Assembly: GCA_017499595.2 (NCBI GenBank)
Contig: CM039003.1
Span: forward strand, 2,852,001-2,916,000
Direction: 5' to 3'
Origin: Psilocybe cubensis
Taxonomy: Eukaryota
DNA: 64,000 nt
Shown here piece by piece: positions 51,938 through 62,167 of this stretch. A program made the translations under genes and the position numbers. Numbering within the stretch: the first letter of the stretch is position 1; each line of letters starts with the position of its first letter. The notes under the pieces are model-generated. The model was not told the DNA's origin. It saw only the letters and a list, made by a program, of their open reading frames with translations, and did no database searches.

Positions 51938-52129
51938 TATAACCCACCCCACATACCACCCAATGCCGCACCTTACATACAACCCAAATGTACACCTTAC
52001 ATTCGCTGTTCTATATGTGGTATTGTGTATAGATTTTTGGGAATTAAGGCGTCAAAGGTGCCATAATCTTGATTTTAGTCATATGCCCTAAATCTCAGTG
52101 CCAATCTGAAGATTTTGCCTCGTGCCAGA

Positions 52130-53340
52130 ACGTGTTATTCAGGCTGTCGGCGCAAACCTTGATCCGGGGAAAGGTACATACTCACATGAAGAGTAAATTT
52201 GACGCACCTGTCAAAATTAGGCTACAGGCGCAAATATGATTCAACTGCAAATTTCAGGCTGCGGGCTCGAGTGAAGGCATATGCATCAGAATTTAGCTGC
52301 ACACCGAAATAATGACAGAGAGTGAAAGTCTGGCTGTATGCCTGATTGGGGTCTGGTCTTAAAATTCTGGAGGTAGGCATGATATTATCCGTATGAAAAT
52401 CAGGCAGTACGTGTAAATATCACGCGCATGTCAAATTCAGGCTGTGGGCTGATATTTCACAGAGAGCACCAAAGTAAGGCCACATACCAAAATAATTTAA
52501 CACGGCCGAAATCAGGCTATAGGCATGAATTCAGCATCAGGCAGTACACGTAAATATCACGCACCTGTTAAATTCAGGCTGTGGGCCAATATTTCACAAA
52601 GAGCATCAAAATCAGGCTGTGTACCAAAATTATTCAATACAGCCAAAATCAGGCCGTAGGCGTGAACCCGGCACACTTATAAGCTTCAGGCTGCTGGCAC
52701 AAGTATGATTTAGCTACAAATTTCAGTCTGCAGGCCCAAGTTAATACATGAGCATCAAAATCCGGCTTCACACCTAAATAACGTTACAAAATAAAATCTT
52801 TTCGTATGCACAAATGGGATCTTGTTGTCAAATTGCGGATGTAGGGATGAATCAAGTACATGTCCCAATGACGCAATCACAAAGTCACCGCCCAAATAAG
52901 GTCCCGGAATGATGTCATAAAGTGTTGTACAATAACCGGTCATGTGATGCAATGGCAGGCGCTTATTACTCAGGACAAACAAATATTACTTAGCGGTGGA
53001 AATTCAGGCGTTGTGATGAAATTATGGAACACAAACTTGGCCAGCAGTACAAATATTCATGTAGAAAGCAAAATTTAGGCTAACCACCAAGATTGTAGCT
53101 GCAACCAAAATCTGGGCCAATGCTTAATTATTCCATAGCCGTGAATAATCAGGCGTTAGGCTAGAATTGTTGCATGACACAAAATCCGGGCAACGGCACA
53201 AATATTCATAACAGAAGAAAAATAAGGCTACAAACTCAAATTATTAGCTGGACAGTAAATCTGGGCGCATGCTTAAATAGCGTGCAGTAACAGAACTCAG
53301 GCATCATTCTCAAATTGTGCAACACAAAATCAGGTTTTCG
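52130..53340 (+). repeat. Degenerate ~37-bp-period subterminal repeat array with core AAAT(T)CAGGCTG
   Basis: Cores near 52401, 52438, 52513, 52576, 52613, 52650 and 52687, with more degenerate copies out to about 53330. A higher-order ~130-bp duplication starts at 52400 and at 52537. Confidence 0.8.
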
Positions 53341-53419
53341 GATCTCGAAGTAAGCAACAACAAAAAGGTTTGGTTGAGATGCAGTTTGTGCAACAATTAG
53401 CCTAGAAGCAAAGCCAAAT

Positions 53420-55068
53420 CTAAAAGTACCACGGTCTACCTACGAGAGATAACATTTCCAAGTCAATTTCAGTCATAGAATGAATATTGTTAGAAAATCC
53501 GTCCCCCAGTTCCTGTTCCTTGTCACGAGATGGGTAGGTAATAACCATGGGAACACCTGTGCGTTTAACCCATAGTGTAGCCAACCTGTGTATTGATAGG
53601 TTGAGAAGCCAGTTCTCGCGGACGGTTTTGGGAACACCAATGGGCCGGCGGCTATTGTATATATCGTCCACGGTGAGTCCAGTACAATTCTTCCAGAGTT
53701 GAATCATAAATGATCGATGACGAGGAAGAATAGCGTCGCTTTTGAGGGGCTCCTTGATACCAGCAAGTTCTGCCACAGGCGAAGTGATATACAGAGTTTT
53801 CCAGAAATAAAACTCCATACACACGTCGTCGACAAGGCATCCGCAATCCATAAATCCTTCCTCCCTTGGCGTTTCTCTATTTTGGTACATCGGAGCTCTT
53901 GGCACTCCTTCAATCCGATTTGGTCCGGGTCCGTTATCGCAATAAACTGCCTTTCGGAAGCGTTTATGGTACCGACAGACAAGAAACTTGTGGCTTGAGC
54001 AGTGTGCTGCCTCAATAACTTTCTTTGAGTCAAAGAGGTCATCCGGTAGAAGGCTTTGAATATGACGAATAGAGCGACGATAAGCATAGCTAAAATCCGC
54101 GAGATTTCCAGTTCGTATAAATTTGTGCATCTCGTTTCGAATGTCCCCTACAGGCAAGAAACAGGAGAAAATGAGCATGGCAATACGTCTCAAATAAAAG
54201 AAATATACGTACTTGCGTACTCTAATCGCTGAACCGGTGTCATATTTGACCACATAGCTTCCTCCTTCATATCTTCATAATCATAACCCCACTCTGTTGC
54301 TTCGAATGGAGGTGCCAAAGCATCGTCGTCGTCAGACTCGGGCATGGCAAGACGGCGCCCCGACTTTTTGGTCTTTTTGCGAGGCTGTCGCTCGGTCTCT
54401 AATACCTTTGCCTGGCGCTTACCAGCAGCTGGATTCTTAGAATCAGTCTGAGCAGTTCCATTAGACTTCGCCTCAGCGTTGACCATTGACTTGGAGGTTC
54501 TGGGAGCGTCCGTCAATTTAGAGGTTTTGGAAGTGTCTGTTGATTTGGAGGGCTTGGAAGCGACTGGTGCCAACGTCTTGAGCTGCTCTTCAACGTCCTG
54601 CAGCTCCTTTTTGACCGCCACCAAATTTTTCTGCTGCATGGCAAGTTCGTCCAGACTCCGGATAGACTCAAAGCTGGATTGAATTTTCTCTTTGTCTTTG
54701 ATCAATGCGCGTTGCCTTGTAGCAAGTTTGTTTCGTGCTTCGGAGATAGCAAATAGCTGCTCAGCTTCGTGTATAATTTCCTGAAGCTTGTGGATACGGA
54801 TGTCTTGAATGCGGCAGAATTCGTAGCGGTTATCAATTTTTGCAAGTTCGGTGCGAATAAGAGCCATTGTACGCTGTGCGGGAAGACACAAAAAATACTC
54901 CAAGTCTCGAATTTCCTTCATCGCATTGTTACGCAGACTGATACATTGATTGAGCTCATCCAGATGCGTTTTTGAAACGGGAGCCAAAACTTTCAAGAGT
55001 GGTGCATCAGCAATACCGGGGCCAAGTAGGTAATGATCCGTAGTGATACGTAATTCTGTAGTGCCCAT
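53420..55068 (-). CDS. Hypothetical element-borne protein: coiled coil, basic NLS-like patch, Cys/His-containing C-terminal domain; one intron near 54150-54212
   Basis: ORFs 54190-55122 and 53420-54253 join through a GT-AG intron. PRKKTKKSGRR; HCSSHKFLVCRYH...DCGC. Confidence 0.65.
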
Positions 55069-55230
55069 AGTAACGGTCCCATTTGGGTAACACACACTGA
55101 TGTACCTGTAGCTTGGTACCAACGTGACATGGTACTCTGTAGTGATCTGTATTGTAACGCGAGTGCTGTGTAGCGGCGTGTAGCATGCTTACCATGGTCC
55201 ATACCCCTCTGTATACAACTGACATACAAA

Positions 55231-55343
55231 TTGTAGCATACTACCACAGATTTGTAGCATGCTACCACAGATTTGTAGCATGCTACCACAGATTTGTAGC
55301 ATGCTACCACAGATTTGTAGCATGCTACCACAGATTTGTAGCA
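55231..55343. repeat. 21-bp tandem repeat, about 5.4 copies, unit TTGTAGCATGCTACCACAGAT
   Basis: Units start at 55231, 55252, 55273, 55294, 55315 and (partial) 55336. Units 2-5 contain the perfect 12-bp palindrome GTAGCATGCTAC; unit 1 has one mismatch. Confidence 0.95.
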
Positions 55344-55611
55344 CATCATAACACACTGCAAATAGGTACAAAGGCATATATAGTATCCACTTTCATTTGT
55401 ATAGTGTTGTGTGGCTATTCCTGCAAGTGCCAATATCACACTGAAAACCGAACCATTTTTGACTAAAATGGGCAATTTTAAAAATAGATAATCTATGTTT
55501 GGATCGGACCAAACATGTTTCTATTAGTAGATGCATAACTATTAATACGTGACGATCTAAATATGGTATCTTCTAATCCACACCCGGCAGCTGCCCCGCT
55601 CATTCACCCAA

Positions 55612-58353
55612 CTACCCTTCTGGACCGTAATCTAGTTCCTCCTGTGGGATAGAATGGAGAGTCATCCTATAAGGGTTGGGGGGGTTCTTCGTAGGCCTCA
55701 TAATAGCACTGATTATGGAGATCTAAATGATGCAAAGAAAGAAATGAATAAAAAAAGATACACACCATCCTTCCTCAGCCACTTCCCTACATAAGCGAGC
55801 CAAGCGAGGACCTTGGTTCAAGGTATCCTTCTCTGCCTCTGCTGCAACCAACATGCAGGCATCATACCTCAGGGAGTACTCCTCTCCCTTGAATTCAATA
55901 CCCGAACACGGACCACCTCTTGCAGGGTCAATCCCATCCCTCCACTCCTCAAGACAGTTGTGGATCTACAGCAAAATGCTTGTTAGCAAGGCAGTGCCAA
56001 TAGCAGGAGAGAAATCAGAACTACACAACTGGCCACAAGCGCAAATGCTTTGTGGGGAAGCGATGTCTTGAAGAAATCCGTCTTTGTCTCCAGACCTTTG
56101 ATGGGGACTGCAACCCCTTTTGTAGGATGGTAGAAGAAGTCCAGACAGATCTTCTTCACAAAAGGATGTCCAAATGGGACATCGTGATACTGGAAACAAA
56201 TCAATGAGTGGTAAGCCAGGTAAAATGGACGGCGAACTCACTCGGGTTTTGGCAACACCCCGGTGGTATTTACCATTGAGTAGCCAATATGCTACCCTGT
56301 CCTTGATGTATTCGATCTCCCCCATCTGATTTTCAAACATATTGGGGTTCGCGGCGATGACCTCCGACGGGACTTCGAGGCCATACGCATTTTTGACCAG
56401 GGGTCTGATCATCGTCTTCAGTCTTCCCCGGAAGGTTGACGCGTAGACAAATGCCTAATGAGAACAGACACGTTAGTACGATATCCTTAAAAGAACACGC
56501 TAAAAATATACCGTTACGGCGGTATTCCTGTCTAGGAGCATTTTTTTCTCTGCAAAGTTATGTAAACCAATTAACTAAAATCACAGAAGACAGAACTTAC
56601 TATCAGGCAACACTTTATCCGTGTTCATTCTTTCAAACACGGTTACTGCCATCTTCACACATCCATCGGCGACTAATAAGTGATTTTCCCGAGTGGGAAA
56701 GGGGACCTCCTCTACTACATACAGGCACATCAGTTTGCGTGCAATTTTGAGCACATCTTTCCAGTAACCAGTAAAGGATGCAACTGAATGCTTGGATACT
56801 TCCCTAGCAGAAGAAGTACTGGACTTCTTATGAGCGATGTGTGCCTCACCAAGCACCTCATCATCGTCAGATGCTTCGTTGTTCTCCCTTGTCAAACCTT
56901 GGGATACGGCTCCTTGCGAAACAGCCGCCTTGCGCAATGCCTCAGGGCGAGGTGGCTTGTTCGCCCGATTACGACGACGGTGTTCTTGAAGAACATCCTC
57001 TACTTCCACAACCTATATCAATAATACATTAGCTAGACATTAAATACAGCAGAGAAATGATTACATGGGGGGAAGGCTGGCGGAGCAATGCCCTTGCTCT
57101 CCTCTCCTCTTCATCATCGGAAACTTCATCAACCACTGTCAAACATAGGTGGTAAGCAAACACGACATAAAGGTGGAGTTAAACCAACGCTGGGCAGCAG
57201 GCTCTTCATCATCTTGACCCGCGTCGTCGTAACCTTCATCACCGTCGACATATTGGAGAGCTTCTTCATCCCCAATATTCTCTTCATCAATTCCTTGCAT
57301 GCATTCGTCCCCTGATGCTTCCTCAGATCGCCTTTCACCGTCACTATCCCCCTCTTCCTCCTCCTCATCTTCCTCCTGCTCTATGCCTTCGTAATCTTGT
57401 TGCTCCTCCTCGTCTTGATGGCTGATGCTAGCCTCTTGGTGGGCGTTATAGGCTGCTGGATGCACTGGCTGTTGTACGGGGGCATGTTGTGTTACAGGAT
57501 GCACTGGTTGTTGTACGGGGGCATCGTAGTATTGGACAGAATTCTCTGCCGCAGGGGCAGCGTAACGCTGAACAGGATTTGCTGCGTGTTGTACAGGGCG
57601 CGGGACAGGATGTGCTGCATGTTGTACGGGGCGCGGGACAGGATGTGCTGGCTGTTGTACCGGAGCAGCGGGGCGCTGGATGGGGGCAGTGGGTCTTTGG
57701 ACAGCATGATCAAGCTCTGAGTGCTCCTGATTTCTCTGAGCTGCACGTTGGATCTGGACAGGAGGGGGGGCACCCTGAGATTGTCGTGGGCTTGGTTGGA
57801 CTTGTTGGACATCCCAAGGAGCAACTGAAGGCGTTGGCCTTGGTTGCATTTGAATAGGGGGACCTACATGCGACACAACGGTAACCTAGACGTGCTTGGA
57901 AGATAGCAAATTTAAGATTAGAACAGTAGACTCACCCCATTGCGAGGTTTCTTCAAGGGAGGCGCCATCTCATTTTCAGGCATGGCGCTAGTATCCACAT
58001 TGGCGGCCCTTGACTTCCTCTTCCTAGCCTTCTCGAAGTCAATAAAAATGATGTTAGATGTTTTCTCCTGCCGAGCATTTACTCCACCAAGACCACGGGT
58101 GCTTCGGATAGGACGGCCATTGGGGTCTTTTTAATAAGGAGTTCAGTGAATCTCAACAAAGAAAATGCTAGTACAGACCTGCTTCAGGAGCCTGAGGTGG
58201 CTCGTTTTCTGCCACGGAGCTCGGACCCTGTTCAACCTCTTGTCCTAGATGGATAAAACATTAAGTATGCGGATGTAATGAGGATATATAGATGATACCT
58301 TCAACCGTGGCATTGACAACCGCCTTTTTCTTTTTGGATCCTTTAGGTGGCAT
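55612..58353 (-). CDS. Element-borne protein with basic N-terminus, P/Q-rich and acidic tracts and a DUF6532-like C-terminal domain; multi-exon
   Basis: MPPKGSKKKK start; 33-bp QHAAHPVPRPV repeats; E/D tract; C-terminal PFGHPFVKKICLDFFY...LPHKAFALVASCIHNCLEEWRDG..IEFKGEEY..RY. DUF6532 call is from motif recall. Confidence 0.65.
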
Positions 58354-58624
58354 ATTGGGCTGGTTTGACGGTTGTAATGCAGAAATAGAGACAAGGGGTG
58401 GTGAATTATGTCAAGCTACGATCCGGAGGTATGCGAAATTAGCCTCTTTTCAAAATTTAAGGCGACGGACATCAGTCAAAAATATATCGTGCCATATAGA
58501 AATTACAGGTACTGAAACAGTACCCCTATCTACTACAATATATCACATATACATTATAGTCAGATTCCATGTCCTACTTAGAGTTAAGTAAAGTTACATC
58601 TCAGAGGGGAAAAGACTGCACCTA

Positions 58625-58980
58625 TCATGATCGCGGATTATCCTGAGGGTGCATTAGAATAGGTATTCCCCGACTAATGAGGGATACCCGTAGACGGGCG
58701 ATTTCGAGCTGGGTTTCAAACAGAAGATCTTCATTGGATTTATATGCTCGCATAATGTCGTCCATATAACAACGTAGCTCTGCCTGAACTTCTAGACACC
58801 TCTGTTCAGTGAGTTGAAATTGGTCAAGAGCCTTTTTAACGGCCTCTATGCCTTGATTCTAGAGGAAGGTGGATTAAAACATGAAAATAGACCTAAAACG
58901 AAGAACTCTGCCTCTTCGGGTATGCTAGGGAGGCGGCGACTTTGAGGTTGCGAAGCGTTGTTGCTATTGGAATGGTTCAT
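58625..58980 (-). CDS. Small (~105 aa) helical hypothetical protein, one intron
   Basis: MNHSNSNN...EEAEFF joined through a ~41-nt GT-AG intron to an open frame GIEAVKKALDQFQLTEQRCLEVQAELRCYMDDIMRAY...PQDNPRS*. Confidence 0.45.
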
Positions 58981-59147
58981 GATAAAGATAGGCAACAATT
59001 TGGTGTGGTGGTGGTGGCTTAAGTTCAAGACGATCAACACATTACGAACCATTAGCACTGTTGATTGCCGAAATACACTTAAATAGAATGACATAAAACC
59101 CGTATATGTCTACAAGTCCGTGTTCGAGATACAAGTAATGCTGCACC

Positions 59148-61507
59148 CTACATATTTACAACTTTGACACCACGGGACGGGGGGAAGATTTGAATCAAAG
59201 ATGTTGTCGGAAAAGTTGGGAATGTATCACCGCGTTTCATACGAGTAACGGGATATTTATGTACAACGCAAATATCCTTGTCTATTGATCGTATCCTGAA
59301 TATAATCCCCATTGAATCGCCCTCAAGCGGTGTAACGAAGTCGTCCTTTTTTACAGGATGAATTGGAAACAACACTGATTTCGGTAATGTCAGTGTACGT
59401 CCCAGTAATGCTAGGTGGGCAGTATCGTCGGTAAGGCTGAGAAGTTCCATCGCCACTTGATGGTCGCCCTTGGATTTGTCTACGACTTTTAATCGTAATC
59501 CTTTCAGCTTATCGTATTTCGTATCTAGCCAGTGAGCGACGGTTGAGGGTAGTTCTGCGATTTCCACCGCCGAGTGTACAGGTATTGCTGAATACGGATT
59601 CCATGCAGGAGACAGAAAACTTGCTACTGTGGACGGCATTGGAGTTGCTCCACCAGAAGGCCCGGGGTCTTGAGCGGAATTTATATGTTCTCGGTTGCTT
59701 GAAACAATGTCAGTAAGCACCTGACAGTCAACGAATCAAGTGAAACCACATACTGTATAATTAAATGTGATATTTTAATACGTTCCACCCTCTGGTTACG
59801 AGCTTCCAGCTCAACGTCTGCAAAGCCGTCGGGGGTAGTGCTTTTAACGATGCCATAGTACCCCTTGAATGTATTATTCCCGACAACGATGACACTCAAA
59901 CCTATATAGACGTCGTTGTGGTCTCTTTCTCCAAGCTTTGACGAATGACGCTTTCGCGGGCGAAGAGTAGCATGGGCAGGGGGGACGTAGAATATGACTG
60001 TGTGGATGGGCACAATGACCTGAAAAATGTGTTGAACACTACTGAGACAAAGAGAATGACAGTTCACCTACTTCGCGTTCGTGCTCTGGGGCGATAATAC
60101 AAACAGATCTTCCATCAAAGTCTGACACCCATCCATGGAGATCTTTGTGATCCCCTTCAACGACTTCAACACTATCGCCTATCTGGAAAGCTGCACGTAG
60201 ATCGTGTAGTGCAACTGCTTGTGTTATACCTTGGGAGGGGATGTGCACTTCCACCTCAGCGTCAGAAACACTCTTGACCGTTCCAAAAAGACCTAAGTAT
60301 TCTCCACCAATAATTTTGACTCGATCATATCGTTTCAGTCGAGTCATGGAGATGGCTTTCGAGGCTTGCGCTAAGGTCTCCGTCGTTACAAATGGACACT
60401 CGCGAAATTGCTCCAACTCGGACGATGTTGGGAGGACATTGGAAAGATATTTGAGATCGATGGCGTCGAAATCCGTGATAATAAATCCATCCTGGAATAT
60501 CCTGTCGAGGTGCGATTTCTTGATGTTGTCCGGAGGTCTGGGGATAAGAACAACACTTTTCCGACCCTGGAATGTGAACACAAGGCCGGTAGCATTTGCG
60601 TAGGTCGTCCAAGCCTTACGCTTTCCAGCAACCTTGACCCACGATTGGTCTTCAGGGCGTGAGGGTGGGGGATGAGATAGGATCTCCATACATCTCTCCG
60701 AGGATAGCCTAACTAAATGTGTCGGATTAAGCTCTCTAACGAGGCAGGCTAACGTATGCGCATGTTGCATTGATGGCGCCTCGACGTAGATTCTCCCAGG
60801 AATTGAGGATTGAGCGAAGACAGACCGGGCAAGGATGATGGGAAATGTAGGGTTCGTTGACATCTGCATAATTTTGAAAGCGACGGCCTCTTCGCGTCCA
60901 ACCTATCACTCGTAAGGTGATCAATAAATGCTGACTGAAGACTTATATTATTTTTGCGTACCTTGCAACCTATTTCATACATGATATCAGTCGCGGAAGG
61001 CATATAATTATTATCACCAAGTCCTCCTGGTTGGGGATTGCCATATTTCTGTATAAGTTCTCGTGAACTAGATGGCTCTATATCATTGTCAGGACGAATT
61101 TTCATGCGTGAAGGCAGAAGCATGGGCAACAAATCGCTCCATTCATCAGCGTTATCTGTATTTTGCATGGCATGATATAGCCGAGAGTGTGCAACACGTT
61201 CCTCATCCTCAGAGTATTCATCGTTATCATTCACTGTATGTCAGAACCCATTAGCATCAGTACATATTGAGCAGAATATATGTAAATTATTGGAACATAC
61301 GTAGTTGGCCCCCTTCATAATCAAGCTCTTCCGAACTTTCATCATCATCGGAAACCGCTGCTTCAATGTCTATGAAGGGATTAATGTCCTGATTTTTTGA
61401 GATCATAATTAAATTTCCCTGAAGTTAGTGATTAGATGGAGGGTTGGATTAGTACACACTGTGCGGTTGCCTAGGCTGTCAAGTCGTCTGCGTTTATAAC
61501 TAGACAT
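59148..61507 (-). CDS. Divergent Spt5-like transcription elongation factor paralog (acidic N-terminus, NGN, several KOW domains), about 700 aa, about 6 exons
   Basis: INPFIDIEAAVSDDDE (Spt5 N-terminal motif). PSATDIMYEIGCKVGREEAVAFKIM...SVFAQSSIPGRIYVEA (NGN). KOWs: LKRYDRVKIIGGEYLGLFGTV, FQIGDSVEVVEGDHKDLHGWV, YIGLSVIVVGNNTFKGYYGIVK..ADVELEA. GGATP..SPAWNP, and C-terminal PIHPVKKDDFVTPLEGDSMG. Confidence 0.85.
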
Positions 61508-61611
61508 TGTGGGTCTTAAAGACTGTTAATCGATGTTCATCTCACTTAATTTATCATCTTAACTTGTGATAATTTATTTTTAGATACTACACAACCTATT
61601 ACTATGATAAG

Positions 61612-61878
61612 ACGCTATGATGAACGGAAAGAGAAAACATATGGTGAGAAACACGCTATTTCCGGAGCGATTCTTTAGGGTAGGTTTCCCGTCCTGAAGT
61701 CACGAGTTGGTTAAAAAAACGCCCCCTTACATCAGCCGCATCACGGTGATGCGGCTGATGTAAGGGGGCGTTTTTTTAACCAACTCGTGACTTCAGGACG
61801 GGAAACCTACCCTAAAGAATCGCTCCGGAAATAGCGTGTTTCCAACTTGATTGTTTTTCTTTCCGTTCGTCATAGCGT
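61612..61878. repeat. Long palindrome: perfect 97-bp arms (61648-61744 / 61746-61842) around a 1-nt centre, with imperfect ~35-bp outer arms
   Basis: GAAACACGCTATTTCC...GCCGCATCAC-G-GTGATGCGGC...GGAAATAGCGTGTTTC; outer ACGCTATGAYGAACGGAAAG inverted pair. Confidence 0.97.
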
Positions 61879-62167
61879 AGTACCCCTCCCCATAGATTTA
61901 ACATACATTCTAATAAAATAGACATAGACAATACTCTAGACACTCTATAATAGTTTTCGTTCAGTTAAAATTCATCTAGTTGAAAATTTGAGACACCAGA
62001 AAAAAACACACAAAAAAAAGTAAGTACCCAAAGAAATAGAATGCAGGGTGAGACGTTGAAGTTTTGTAGTGCAAGCCCAGAAGATTTCCCCCGTTGCCCG
62101 ACTCCAAGCTGAAGAAATTCTGGCGTTTCCCTTCGAAACGCAGGTCGTTCGTCAGACTCTGGAAAAC

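Noticed and set aside
55231-55343. CRISPR-like array
   Set aside because: Units are identical with no unique spacers, there are no cas genes, and the context is eukaryotic.
54993-55475. ORFs with CYKSVVA / YHRFVAC repeats
   Set aside because: These are translations of the 21-bp tandem repeat in several frames; no evidence of coding.
59148-61507. Calling this the housekeeping SPT5
   Set aside because: Too short and divergent, lacks the CTR repeat tract, and lies in an apparent insertion; gene symbol withheld.
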